Below, piece by piece: positions 36,731 to 50,826 of a stretch of 64,000 nucleotides of DNA. The notes below the pieces were generated by a model, which was not told the origin of the DNA, searched no databases, and saw only the letters and a program-made list of their open reading frames with translations. The position numbers were made by a program, and so were the translations under genes. How positions within the stretch are numbered: the first letter of the stretch is position 1; every line of letters begins with the position of its first letter. This DNA comes from Octopus vulgaris (lineage: Eukaryota), in NCBI GenBank assembly GCA_951406725.2, contig OX597819.1:74710001-74774000 (forward strand), written 5' to 3'.

Positions 36731-38548
36731 TATATATATATATATATATATATACGATGTATATATACATATAAATGCATCAACATCTTACTCTCTCTGT
36801 GTGTGAGCGCGCACGTGTGTATGTATGTGTGTGTGTCCCAACACCGCTTCACAACCGGTGTTGGTGTGTTTACCTCCCCGTAACTTAGCGTTTCGGTAAA
36901 AAGTGACCAACAGAATAAGTACCAGGCTTTCAAATACAAACAGGGGGTTGATTCGTTCGACCAAAAAATTGTTCAAGGCGGTGCCCCAGCATGGCCGCAG
37001 TCTGCCGACTGAAACATGCAGGGGATAATCTATATATGTCAATATACGTGCTTCTGTTCTCCTGCATACACAACAGACATGGACAAGAGACAGCAGAGAC
37101 AATCGGCTTTTATAATGCAGTCATTTTATATAATAACAGGTTGAAAGTTGCTAAATCTATAGAACAAAGAGAGAGAGAGAGATTTATATAAGGAGATAAT
37201 TGAAGAAGGCAATAATAATAATAATAATAATAATAAATGAGATTTTAAATGGAGGAGAGAGAAAGAAATAGAGGCGGATGAGAGAGAGACAGAGATACAG
37301 ATGGAGATGTGTGTGTGTGTGTGTGTGTGTGTGTGTCTAAACGTGAAAACAGTACAAAGTTCATTTTTATATACTTCGATACGTACACACACACATGCAT
37401 ACACACACGTATATATAAATACACACATGTATAAATATATACATATTTACACATGTGTGTGTGTGTCTATATATATACACACACACACACACAAGTATAC
37501 ATATATAAATATATATGCATACAGACACACATACATCGATAAAAATATATGTAGCTGTACCTATGCACACACACACGTGTGTGTGTGTGTGTGTGTGTGT
37601 GTGATAATATGTTCGGAGGTGGGGCACTATCCCGCCTCCTATGACACAATAAAAAGATAAATAAATTAACTAAAAGATAAATACAGGAAAAATATATATA
37701 AAATAGATGTTGGTAAGGCAGTTATAAAACATCAACTCAGTTAAATAATGGATTATGTAGGATGTATAATGCTGTATATATATGCCTATATATATCAGTT
37801 TCTGTTTGTGACAGCGCTGAGAGCGGCTGGTCTGTGAGAATGAGACACCTGAACAAATGATTGGTGACGCTCTGCGCCACTCCTTACCCAATTGCTGTTC
37901 CACTATTGTCTCAAATTTCTTATTCCTTTCACCTCAACATATAGCGTCTCTCTCTATTTTTTTTGATACGGATCGATGGATCTCCGTCGTCCGACGACGA
38001 CGTGGATTCAGTAGTGCAATAAACTGAATAACCTGCAAATTGAATTGATATGTAAGCGGCTAGGAATTTTACAAAGATTGTACCTTGAACGTAATTCCTA
38101 GGCAGGTGTGTGTGTGTGTGTGTGTGTCAATGCTTTACCTTTCCAATTACATCTACAATTCACCCATGTGTGTGTGTGTGTGCTTTCGATTTCTGGATTA
38201 GGCGATGCATCGTGTTCTTGAGCAAAGCATTTCATTTCGCGTTGCTCCTGGCCACTCAGTTGGCAAAAAATGAGTTATCCTGAAACGGACCGGCGTCCCG
38301 ACCAGGGAAGGGGAAATCTATACACCACAGAATCCAGAAAACCGGTTTTATGAAACTCCGATGAAAGATCAACAATCCTTTTTATATATATGGAGCGAGA
38401 GAGATTTATATGAGGGACCAATGAAACCCGATGTTGTCTAAGTTACTAAAACTACATGCCCGCTTATTTGTGATGGTGAATGTGTTCTCTTTTACCATTT
38501 CGTTTTGTTCTGTCTTGGGGGATTTTTTTTTTTTTTTTTTTTTTGCAG

Positions 38549-38731
38549 TGTGGCACTAAATTCCTTGATTTTCGGTATGTCCATCTCAGTGACGTTGCCG
38601 TCATCCACCTATAGTGACACGGCCTCCGCACGCGCCAGTTCGAGCGAGAAATCTTTTCATCCCTCTAATACACAGAAATGGCCACAACGGCTCAAGAGCC
38701 AACAACCAAGAGTCCAAGGTCATGATAAAAG
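38549..38731 (+). CDS. Candidate 183-nt symmetric (phase 2-2) exon of an unknown host gene
   Basis: Long T tract + GCAG acceptor ending at 38548; AAAG|GTACCG donor; open frame VALNSLIFGMSISVTLPSSTYSDTASARASSSEKSFHPSNTQKWPQRLKSQQPRVQGHDK; non-repetitive; no recognised homology. Confidence 0.3.
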
Positions 38732-39293
38732 GTACCGTTAACAAAACGAGACCTCATCACCCAGTTACTCTGACCTCCGAACAGACGTCACAGTGTGATG
38801 ATGTGATCCAGCTGTAAATGTCCGGTATCAAGTATTGATGATCAACCTTGTCGAAGGTTTGGGGTTGGTCTGAATGGATCTCACACCTATCGAGGCCAGG
38901 CTTATTATCCAAGCCTTTGTGGCATGTCAGAGGGGGAGAGCGGGAGGAAACAGAGGGAGAAAGATAGGGGAGAAAGAGAGACAGAAGATCGGGGAAAGAG
39001 AGCGACAAGTCATAGTAACTGGCTGTTGCTTTATTTATCGACCCCGAAAAGACCTAAGGTAAAGTTGGACCTCGGCAAGTATTTGAACTCAGAAAGCCCG
39101 AATAAATAGCTCAAGGAATTCGTTCTATTGATTTGGGCAATTCACAGCCTGACATAGACAAATGAACACACACAGCAACGATGATGGAAAAAATACATCG
39201 TCAGCAACAATGATCCAACTGATAAACTTCTGTTGCGTGCGGGTGTGTATGTATGTGGTTCACTTTTAAGGCTGCTGAACACACACACACATA

Positions 39294-39367
<74 letters not shown>

Positions 39368-40042
39368 TCTTACACGCACATATTTAAATAGTAAAAAAAG
39401 AAAATGAAAAGAGGACAGCAGCCTGTGCTCCAGGTGATGGAGAAACTAAAATGGCGGCGGTGGCGATTGTGGTGGTGGTGGTATTGATGATGGAGCCTTT
39501 ATGCAAGTAACGAACAATAACAACAGCAACAACAACTGCTAAATGAATAAATGAAAATAAAATAAAACACACACATAAAACAACTAGCTGACAATATGGA
39601 CGTTAAGATCGATGTTGCAACATCTGGAAGCAAGAGAATAGATCGAGCAGAAAAGCTAAACTGTACTTAGTGGAAGAGCAGCAGTTAGGGACTTCAATGA
39701 AATACACGCGCCACAGAATGTTCTTCCCAGCTCACACACACACAAACACACACACACACACACACATAAATACTTATGTTTCTTTCCCTCTCATGATGCA
39801 TATTTATGACTACATGTTGGCAGGCGAATATCCACACCCGCTTCAGCCTTGTCTCTAAACACCATCCATCTGCACACACACACACACCAATAAAAATGTA
39901 AGATAGTCTTTTTTTAGTTTCTTTTTTAATCTGTTACAGCTATGAATGCAAACAGTTGTGTACATATGTGTGTGTGTGTGTGTGTGTGTGTATACACACA
40001 CGCACACAAGTAGCGAGGCAGATAAACACAATTAGGTTTCAG

Positions 40043-40100
<58 letters not shown>

Positions 40101-40120
40101 TTAATTTGCCAAATATTTTT

Positions 40121-40185
40121 GTCGCTTCGAGACCGCGACCTCTTCACTGACAAAATTCCGTGCTAGGTCGCGGTCTCAAAGTGAC
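40121..40185. other. GC-rich 21-bp hairpin between two (TA)n tracts
   Basis: GTCGCTTCGAGACCGCGACCT / AGGTCGCGGTCTCAAAGTGAC with a 23-nt loop. Confidence 0.8.
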
Positions 40186-40211
40186 GAATATATATATATA
40201 TATATATATAT

Positions 40212-40375
40212 AGTAAATCCCCAAAAATGAAGAACAAACACAAAAAACAACAACAATACAAGGACGTGGTACATGTAAAGTATTAGCAGACGCTCAGGGA
40301 AGGAAAGAAAGGTGGTCTTACGTTTCGAGTAAAGCGCTTCTTCAGAAACAGAGAAAAGAAAGAAAGAAAGATAGA
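40212..40375 (-). mobile_element. Family D TA-associated element with a minimal hammerhead (40315-40349)
   Basis: Minus strand GTTT-CTGAAGA-A-GCGC-TTT-ACTC-GAAAC-GTA-AGAC; 3' end abuts (TA)n. Confidence 0.7.
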
Positions 40376-40417
40376 TATAAAGTGGTGGTATGCTGCTGAC
40401 AACTTAATGTGACACCC

Positions 40418-40450
<33 letters not shown>

Positions 40451-40589
40451 AATACATACACACAGATAGATGTATATATATATATATGTATATACACGAA
40501 TATATTTACATAGAATATGAAATATATACATACAGACACACATATAAATATATATATGAACATACATAGATATACACACGCACACATAG

Positions 40590-40624
<35 letters not shown>

Positions 40625-40761
40625 AGGCCATCATAATTGATGAAAGACCGGAGCTGCAGCTAACAAGTTACATCCAGAAGACTAGTCGTCTTTCTGTTCC
40701 ATACTACTGGCCCAGCCCCCGTTTCCCCTTATCTCCACATCCTCACGACAACAACTAGAGA

Positions 40762-40797
<36 letters not shown>

Positions 40798-40836
40798 TAG
40801 AATTTACGGAATCAGCTTTATTTCCAACTACTGCAC

Positions 40837-41375
40837 GCAAATTTTTTCCCCCACATGAGATCCGGACCCCCGTAATGAACTCATTTGCATATACCAATCA
40901 GAGCTCACCTTGACCATGTCAAGTTAACAAACACACTCTACCAAGTAAACTCAATATGAAAAACGGTGTTGCAAGTCGAACACTCGCCAAGTTATGCCTG
41001 ATTTTAGAAGGAGACAATTAATTAGATAGATTTGCATCTATACCTGTTATCGGATTTTGTTAGGGCCCCTTATGGTAAAGATGTGGATGGGAAAAATACG
41101 GGTAGAGAGTGATGTGCGAGCAACCCCCTCCCCTTACTGTTTTAGAAAGTAAACAACAACACGAATAACTAAGCAGAGGCAGCCATAGTTGAAACAAGAA
41201 CAAGAAGTATTAAAAGAGAAAAGAAGCATGGTCATTCCTTACCCAAGTGACCTTATCTTATCGCCCATCACTTGTCATGCGCTCATAAATTAGTTTGATA
41301 GTTGAGCTCTGGTTGGCTGTATGCAAATAAGTTCATAACTGGGGTCCGGAACTCTCGTGGAAAAAAAAACTTTGC
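40837..41375. mobile_element. Mutator-like (MULE) MITE, about 70-bp TIRs, 9-bp TSD
   Basis: TSD CTACTGCAC at 40828-36 and 41376-84; TIR ..TCCGGACCCC..ATGAACTCATTTGCAT..CAGAGCTCA versus TGAGCTCTG..ATGCAAATAAGTTCAT..GGGGTCCGGA. Confidence 0.75.
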
Positions 41376-41966
41376 CTACTGCACGCAAGATTTGGAGAGG
41401 CTAAACTTCGCTATTTTTTGCAAACTTTAGAAAGTTTTTCTAAACAAACACATCATTCTCCGCATCAAGGTTCTCGCCCAACGTGTACTCCATTTCATTG
41501 TCTTGTGGCCTGATTGCAGAACCAGAAAATAAAGAATCCCAGCTATGGCATTCACGGACGCCGAAATATGTATTCCTCAAATTGAAAACCATTGAAATAT
41601 TTAAATAACCTCATTTTCTTACAGCCTTTTAAGGTTAATTTTATGGTAGCCCTGCATCACAAAACAAAACATTGCCACTTATGCACGGCTCCAAAATCGT
41701 TTTGTCCTCATTTGCACCAAAGAATATTTTGGTGTGACAGGAACCAACCCTGGAATTGAAATTAGACCGTTTGACAGAACTCACAGTGACCTCGACATCA
41801 TGACATCATACCCCCCACCACACACACACAGAGTTAAATAAGATTCGAGTAAAAACCCTTATCGAATGCTATGCAAAGCCCATCCACAGTTATTGGCTAC
41901 CTGATGTTATCATACAATGTAAAATGCTCCTCCGATCAGGAGTTTATTGAAATAGATAAATGATAG

Positions 41967-42145
41967 AAAATGAAATGAACGACAATCTTTATTTTTAAAA
42001 TCACTACGATTGTTTCGACACATTTTTACACCTGCGGTAAGATGTTGATTCATAATTGCTCAACATCTCATCAATGTACCACAGGGGTGCAAAAATGTGT
42101 GGAAACAATTGCAGTGATTTTAAATAAAGTCGTCCATTCCATTTT
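41967..42145. mobile_element. About 180-bp fold-back palindrome with GAAAC-palindrome-GTA and AATAAA in the arms
   Basis: AAAATGAAATGAACGAC..AAAATCACTACGATTGTTTCGACACATTTTTACACC..AGATGTTGA / TCAACATCT..GGTGCAAAAATGTGTGGAAACAATTGCAGTGATTTT..GTCGTCCATTCCATTTT. Confidence 0.75.
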
Positions 42146-42147
42146 AT

Positions 42148-42523
42148 ATGAGTGGCCGTGTGGTAAATAGCTTGCTTACGAACCACATGGTTCCTGGTTC
42201 AATCCTACTGCGTGGCACCTTGGGCAGGTGTCTTCTACTATAGCCTCGGGTCGACCAAAGCCTTGTGAGTGGATTTGGTAGACGGAAACTTAAAGAAGCT
42301 CGTCGTGTGTGTATATGTATGTGTGTGTGTGTTTGTCCCCCAACATCGCTTGACAACCGATGGTAGCGTTTACGTTCTCGTAACTTAGCGGTTCGGCAAA
42401 AGACACCGATAGAATAAGTACTAGGCTTACAAAGAATAAGTCCTAGGGTCGATTTGTTTGAGTAAATGCGGTGCTCCAGCATGGCCGCGGTCAAGTGACT
42501 GAAAGAAGTAAAAGAATAAAAGA
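42148..42523 (+). mobile_element. SINE family B, near full length
   Basis: GAGTGGCCGTGTGGTAAATAGCTTGC..GCGGTCAAGTGACTGAAAGAAGTAAAAGAATAAAAGAATA. Confidence 0.9.
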
Positions 42524-42530
42524 ATATATA

Positions 42531-42910
42531 CAGTAGAAACCTCGCAGTACGAGTAATTTGCTTTACAAGCCGAGACTTGTGTGAACTTTTGTCTTGAAGT
42601 ACGAGCGGAAATATGCCGTACAAGCACACAAATTGTCCCGCTTTAAAAGGTAATTCAATTAATAAAACCAGTTTACATATTTCTTTTGCATTCTCTTGCT
42701 TTATAATTGTCATTTTACTGGTTAACTACACCTCTTCTGTTTTAAAACTCATAGAAAAATTATTTCTGAGTGGTGGTGGTGGTGGTGGCTGGTAGGGAAT
42801 AATTATATTTTAGTCAATTTCAATCGGAAAAATTGATTTGTAAAACGAGTAAATCATAAGACGAGCTCGGTCATGGAACGAATTAATCTCGTACTGCGAA
42901 CTATCACTTG
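42531..42910. mobile_element. pogo/Tigger-type MITE
   Basis: TA-CAGTAGAAACCTCGCAGTACGAG ... CTCGTACTGCGAACTATCACTTG-TA. Confidence 0.7.
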
Positions 42911-43198
42911 TATGTGAGTGCCCGGCAACTTCTTGCTGGACAAACTACCCAGATGACCTGTTTACAGCGATCCAACGTTGTGCTGTACATTAGCTCACTC
43001 TGACCTTCAAATGGACCATTGCCTGTAAAAGTGCATAGTGTACCACGCGCCAGGTGTCGAGAGGAACGCAAGATCAAGTGTTTTGGTCAAGAACACAACG
43101 CAGCACCTGGTCCAGGAATTGAAACCACGATCACACGATCAAAAGTCCAACACCTAAACCACTAAGCCACACACCCTCACGATATCCATACACTCCCA

Positions 43199-43297
<99 letters not shown>

Positions 43298-43699
43298 TGA
43301 TGAAAGAGAAGGAATCCTTCGCAGATAGACGCATTGTGTTTGAAGGAGAAAGTTCGAGAAATAGTCATAGGTTGGAATGTCTTTGAATGCGGGCTTTGTT
43401 AGATTGAATATTGGTGTAAAGTCAAGTTAAAAGAGAAGTAAAGAAAGAAAGGAAAAGAGAAAGACATGGTTATATAGTTGCCTGTTTGTTTGTTGTCAAC
43501 AATAAAAAAAAAAAATGATATTTAACATTCTCATGGAGAGGAAGAAAAAAATTTATCGGGGTAAATATTTGTCGGATAAAAACTCATAAATCCGTTTATC
43601 CGGATTTATGAGCTATTCATTATTTGTTAACAATAAAAACACGTCGAATAGTAATGATAAAGTAAAATAAATGAGAGAGAGAGAGGGGGAGAGAGAGAG

Positions 43700-43733
43700 A
43701 AGGAAGATAGATAGACAGACAGACAGGCATACT

Positions 43734-43809
<76 letters not shown>

Positions 43810-43890
43810 AATAGATAGATAAATAGATAGATAGATAGATAAAAAGATAGATAAATAGATAGATAGATAGATAAAAAGATAGATAGAATG
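43700..43890. repeat. (GATA)n microsatellite
   Basis: Directly visible. Confidence 0.95.
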
Positions 43891-44330
43891 GATCGTGAAG
43901 GTCTTCCCTAGCAGGTATCTCAATAGTCAAGTTTTATTTAAAATTTTACAACTAAAAAATTCCAGTGATAAAAAAAAAAAAAGTGGAAAATAAACGAAGG
44001 TAGAACATGTCGGTACAGGATTCTTCTACGGTTATTTGTCAAGGGGTAGATTTATTTTTATTGCGGCTTATTTTGAACTAAATATAGTAAAGACAAGGAG
44101 AAACGTCCGATTTGATAACATGTAAAGGACTAGAGAGAAAATAACATTGCATTGTGGGTAATTAGCACGCAACAGGTTTCTTAGCGGATTTGCTGCTGCA
44201 GTTATGGTTAATATGGCACTGCTTTTGCAGGGTTAGACATAGTCATCGCACGTACAATGAGATGATAATTACGTGCATGTGAATGGATGCATACATGCAG
44301 TTTTATACATATTATATACACACATACATC

Positions 44331-44424
<94 letters not shown>

Positions 44425-44533
44425 GTACGTGTGTTATGTTAATTATGGTTGTAGTTTTGTTAATTAAATAAGCCATTCTAATATCCTAAAGCTGATAAAC
44501 CAACTAATGTGTTTCTCTATTTTATTATTATTT

Positions 44534-44574
<41 letters not shown>

Positions 44575-45509
44575 GCACCTGACCACTCTATATAGAACAA
44601 GTTCGTTATATATACACACACACACACATATATATATATATGCTTACTGGGATCCACTACAAGAGCACTCTGTGAGAGATAAATGTCATTTGATATGTGT
44701 GTGTGTGCATGTTTGTATACTCACACACCTATACATATATAGATATATAAATATACATATACCTATACAAACACACATAAACGTACGTACATGCGTATCT
44801 ACATATACATACACACGTTTATACATACCTGCATACATGCACATATGTATGCGTGTGTGTGTGTATATATATATATATATAGATAGATAGATAGATAGAT
44901 GAGAGAGACAGGGAGGTTTGTGAAAGAGTGAGACGGCAATGTGTGTGTATGAGAGAGAGGGGGGGAAGGAGCAGTGGTTGAGTGAGTGAGTCTGGTGGGA
45001 CAAGCAGACATCTGTGGCTTCTCACACGCTTGCGCGCACCTCCTCTTCTCCTCCTCCCAACCCCCATCTCCAATACCGATGGCAGGATGTAGCTTGCTGG
45101 AAACAATTGTAAACCAAACACCACCGCCGCCACCATCATCACTACACCCTCCCTCCCTCCCCCCAAATACATTCCTCCCCATCGCCTCGGCCACCGTCAC
45201 TCATCTGACTCCCCTCCAACCTCACGTCCATCCATACATGTCCATCCTTTTAGCAACCACCTCCACCAACAACATGCATATTTCCTCACCACCACCACCA
45301 ATCTATAAACTACTGAAGCAGATTGCTACTACCACCACCACAACAACAATCACTATAATAACTGACTCACATTCTGTCTCCTACTCTTACCATCTCCACT
45401 TTCATAACTCACCATTTCTCTGCCAACCCATTTACTTGTCTCACATCTATCTACCGCTCCATCTTCCCGTCTATCTATCTATCTATCTATCTATCCATCT
45501 GTCTATCTG

Positions 45510-45544
<35 letters not shown>

Positions 45545-45594
45545 GTCATCTGTCTATCTATCCATCTGTCTGTCTGTCTATCTATATCTATCCA

Positions 45595-45631
<37 letters not shown>

Positions 45632-46097
45632 ATCTATCCATCTGTCTGTCTGTCTATATCTACCCATCTATATCTATACCCATCTGTCTATCTATCTATC
45701 TATCTATATCTATACCCATCTGTCTGTCTATCAATCTATCTACCCATTTACATATCTATCTACCTACCTGTGTGTGTCTCTTTCTCCCATCCTTACCAGC
45801 CAGAAGCGATACGCACAAACTCAAGCTCGGCCGCCAAACAAGTAAGCATTCACACATCCCCAGATGTTACACAGAAGCCAGCTTAAAACCCACACAGATC
45901 AATGTCATTTCATTGTTTAGTTAAAGAAGAAGCTAGCATGATGCTGATCAGAAGCCAACACCCACCCACTCAGCTGAGACTACAACACGCATGTCCTACA
46001 TTCAAACCAGACGCGCGCGTGCACACACATACACCGGTAATTGGAATAAAATCGGAGCGTGTGTAGGTATATATACATGTGTGTATATATACGTGTA

Positions 46098-46147
<50 letters not shown>

Positions 46148-46584
46148 CATACACATGAATATGTAAGTGTAGGTGTATATATATATATATATATATACAC
46201 ACACTCATGCATATAGATATAGGTATGTATTTATACACACATTCACACACAAATGTGTTTACATGTATGTATAAAACTAAATGGATGTCCGTCAGTCGTA
46301 ATCATTCAATATTCCAACTTCGCGATCAACCAAACTAATTACGTAATTTACGTCTAAGTGGCTGAGTACTGCGCAACGACTTGTCTCCTTAACATAATCT
46401 CCAGAGAGATTTACATGAAGAGTCCATTGGATAGGCTTCTACACAGTTTCTGTCTTGCCAATTTCACTCACAAAGAATGGACTGATCCAATGTCATGGCA
46501 AAGGACCCAAGAAAGCAGAACACTGCGATGGGGAAGTGAACTTGCGAACCACTTGGTCATGTCAGTGCGTGCGTGTGTGTGTGC

Positions 46585-46631
<47 letters not shown>

Positions 46632-47094
46632 AGAGAGAGAGTTTCTTTGTGTGTGTGTGTGTATTTTTATCTTTGTCTTTTACTCGTTTTAGTCATTGAA
46701 CTGCGACCATGCTGGGGCACCGCCATCGACCCCAATACTGTTTTAAAGCCTGCTACTTATCCTATCGGTCTCTCTTTGCCGAACCGCTTCTCCATACTTC
46801 ATGACAGGCCGAACCGTACTGCGAATTATATTCAAGGCACCACACGACATCTTGGACGACTGTTTCCAGCTTACATACTGACATACTCTAAACTCGTGTC
46901 TTCATGTTGGTTGTTCCAGTGCCAGTGGTACTGTCCGGTCTTCGGCAGGTGCCTACCATAGGCACTGAGTAGGAAATATTGGAATATTACCACTCGGAAG
47001 CATTAGAAGAAAGCTAGTGTACAGTGGGGAAATATGGCAACGGATAACCCTTACAAACACTGCGTATGCATATATATGTATATACACATACACA

Positions 47095-47267
47095 CCGTGT
47101 ATGTATATATGTGTATATATATAAATACACATATATACTGTGTATGTGTATATATATATATGCATACACAGACCATGTATGTAAATATATATACATACAC
47201 AGACCATGTATGTAAATATATATACATACACAGATCATGTATGTAAATATATATACATACACAGATC

Positions 47268-47299
<32 letters not shown>

Positions 47300-47514
47300 C
47301 ATGTATATATATATATATATGCACACACCATGGATATATATATACATGCACACACCAAGTATATATATATATACGTATACACACACCATGTATATATATA
47401 TATACGTATACACACACCATGTATATATATATATACGTATACACACACCATGTATATATATATATACGTATACACACACCATGTATATATATATATACGT
47501 ATACACACACCATG

Positions 47515-47557
<43 letters not shown>

Positions 47558-47561
47558 CCTG

Positions 47562-47630
<69 letters not shown>
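47095..47630. repeat. TA-derived minisatellites (about 32-bp CATACACAGACCATGTATGTAAATATATATA and about 31-bp CACACCATGTATATATATATATACGTATACA) plus (TA)n(TG)n
   Basis: Directly visible repeated units. Confidence 0.9.
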
Positions 47631-47876
47631 AATGCACGTGTCTCTTTGTATCTGTTTATTCCCACACCACCGCTTGACAACTGGTGTCGGTGTGTTTACG
47701 TCGCCGTGATCTAGCGGTTCAGCAAAACGGTCCGATAGAATAAGTACCAGATTTTTAAAAAAGGGTCGATCCGTTCGACTTGAAAAAGATTAAGACGGTG
47801 CTCTAGTCTGACTGACTGAACTAAGAAAAAGATAAAGATCACAACTGTTTCATAATAAAGAAATCACTACTACAAC

Positions 47877-47909
<33 letters not shown>

Positions 47910-47910
47910 G

Positions 47911-48128
47911 AAGGCGGCGAGGTGGCAGTAACTGTAGCACGCCAGGTGAAATGCCTAGCGGTATTTCGTCTGTCGCTATGTTCTGAGTTCAAATTCCGCC
48001 GAGGTCGACTTTGCCTTTCATCCTTTCGGGGGTCGATAAATTAACTACCAGTTACGTACTGTGGTCGATATAATCGACTAGCCCCCTTCCTCCAAACTCT
48101 TCAAGGCCTCGTGCCTAGAGTAGAAAAT
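47911..48128 (+). mobile_element. SINE family A, tail type 2
   Basis: AAGGCGGCGAGGTGGCAG..GAGTTCAAATTCCGCCGAGGTCGACTTTGCC..GTGCCTAGAGTAGAAAA. Confidence 0.9.
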
Positions 48129-48229
48129 TATAATTATTATCATCATATATTTATACTACACACACACACACACACACTTAGTTGAGGCTGTATAAAATCA
48201 TCTATACGCTTGAATTAATAATATATACA

Positions 48230-48270
<41 letters not shown>

Positions 48271-48298
48271 CATACATATAAGGAACATATGTGTGTAT

Positions 48299-48350
<52 letters not shown>

Positions 48351-49357
48351 CTGTCTGTCTGGAGGTGAATCGTTGTGTACTAAATCAAATTTGATGTTTG
48401 TTACCTTCAAAAGAATTGACAAACGATTACATACACACACACGTATGTATGTTTCTATCGAGAGTGAAGTGCTAACTTATATTACACACACACAGCCCTG
48501 TCACAACGTCTTCGACTAACTGCTGCTGCTGCTACGACTGTTGCCACTACGACTACTGCTACTACCACTCACTACAACCAGGTAACGATGCTTCTACGTG
48601 GCCAGTCTACCTGCTAAAAATATCAACCTAATCTCACCATCACCACCACCAAATAAAAACCCCTATCCACTTACAAGACGATATTAAGTCAATGTCATCC
48701 CAGATGCTTTGTATCTGAATAGATTTGAGGGTCACGGATGGAACGCCCTTTTTTTCTTTGGTTAGCTTGATCAAGGCTGACCTAAACTTCAAAAACAACA
48801 ACAGCTACAATGATATAGATATCGCTATGAATCACGTCAGTTGACAAAATTCCACGAATTTTTTTTTTTCTTTTCTTAAATTTTTTTAATTTATCAAAAA
48901 CGAGGTTAAAACACTCTGAATAAAAAAAAAACCCTGCACGTGTGTGTGTGTGTGTATGGGGGTGTTAACCTAAAGTTGAAATACCGTCTCTGGGGGAGTG
49001 CACGCTCCCCTCACACACACACATACACACACGGCTGTTAACCGTTGAACCAATATACAAGGTGTTGTTAGGCGTGGCCCTCACGTAGAGGGTAAATATT
49101 GCAATGCATCCCGGGAATGCAGAGAGAGAGAGAGGGTAGTAGGAGATGAAAATCTCTCTCTCCCTCTCTCTCTCTTTCTCTCTCCGGCAGTGATTGTTCA
49201 AACATTCCCAGTATTTTTATACTTCGGGACGGTCATCCCTTCCTCTTTTTTGGCCAAATAAACACACGCACTATATTATATTCGTTCTTCACTTCAGCTT
49301 TATTACAGTTCTTATTGTTCTTTTACAGTCCTCCAATATTCTTATGTATCTAAGGTG

Positions 49358-49686
49358 AAGGTATGGCTGTGTGATGAGAAGTTTGCTTCCCAACCATATG
49401 GTTCTGATTTCATTCCCATTGTGTGGTACCTTGGGCAAGTGCTTTATGCTGTAGACTCGGGAGTGAAGTTGGTAGACGGAAACTGAAAGAAGCTCGTCGT
49501 ATAAATGTGTGTGTGTATGTGTCCCTGTTTGTCTCCTGTCACTGCCTGACAATCAATGTTGGTGTTACCCATAACTTAGCGGTTCAGCAAAAGTGATTAA
49601 GTTGGCTTAATGAAAAAATACTGGAGTCAATTCATTCGACTAGAAATTGAAGATGGTGCTCCAGGGTGGCCGCAGTCTAATAACTG

Positions 49687-49781
<95 letters not shown>

Positions 49782-49865
49782 CAGGCAGGCAGACAGACAG
49801 ACAGACAGACAGACAGACAGCAGGCAGGCAGGCAGACAGACAGACAGACAGATAGACAGATAGAC

Positions 49866-49920
<55 letters not shown>

Positions 49921-50379
49921 CAGACAGATATTATACACACACGAGGCTGTACAATATGTGTGAGTCTGTATGTAGACATATTCCCAGACCTAACTAGACA
50001 GACAGACATGGTTTGTTGATCGATGTTTGTCCATATTTAATCCACGGAAATGCAGTCCTGGTTTAAGATGTCTCCTGGAAACTAACAGCTGTGCTTGCGT
50101 CATTCTTAATCACTTCCTCTGTCATTCATTAACATTGATACAGACCGGCTTCTTGCACATACGCCATTAGAGAGACCAGGCAATCTGAGACAAAGTCTAT
50201 ATACGCTGGCACTACATACCGTCATAGATAACACACACACACTCACTCACTCTCTCATATATATATATATATTATATATGTAGAAAAATACAAACTGGGA
50301 CAAGAACGTAAAACATTTAGAAGACGATACAAAAAACACAAAAAAGCCTTCAATCTTCAGTCAAAAACCGGATCATCCT

Positions 50380-50416
<37 letters not shown>

Positions 50417-50826
50417 TTTATTCTTTTACTTGTTTCAGTCATTTGACTGTAGCCATGCTGGAGCAGCGCCTTTTAGTCGAGCAAATCGACCCCAGAACTT
50501 ATTCTTTGTAAACCTAGTACTTATTCTATCGGTGTCTTTTGCTGACCCGCTAAGTCAGGGTGACGTAAACACACCAGCATCGATTGCCAAGCGATGTTGG
50601 GGGAACAAACACACACATACGCACGCACGCACACACATACACACACTCACACACACATGTATATACGACGGGCTTCGTTCAGTTTCCGTTTACCAAATTC
50701 ATTCACAAGGCTTTTGTTGGCTCGAGGCTACAGTAGAAGATACTTGCCCAAGGTGTTACACAGTGGGACTGAACCCGGAACCATGTAATTGGTAAGCAAG
50801 CTACTTACCACACAGCCACTCCTGCG
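49358..50826. mobile_element. Convergent SINE B pair (49358-49690 +, 50415-50826 -) with microsatellites between
   Basis: Heads GGTATGGCTGTGTGATGAGAAG (+) and CTTACCACACAGCCACTCC (-). Confidence 0.8.

Noticed and set aside
43583-43612. 12-bp perfect hairpin CTCATAAATCCG/CGGATTTATGAG
   Set aside because: Too short and without context; hairpins of this size are common in TE debris.
44986-45924. Longest ORF (312 aa)
   Set aside because: Low-complexity Pro/Thr runs and (TCTA)n; no domain, and it stays open through repeat composition.
46790-47050. Unique-looking segment truncating a SINE B
   Set aside because: Probably an unclassified insertion, but no termini, TSD or peptide motif could be supported.
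47166-47515. Regularly spaced ~31-bp repeats resembling a CRISPR array
   Set aside because: No unique spacers, TA-derived units, eukaryotic context and no cas genes.
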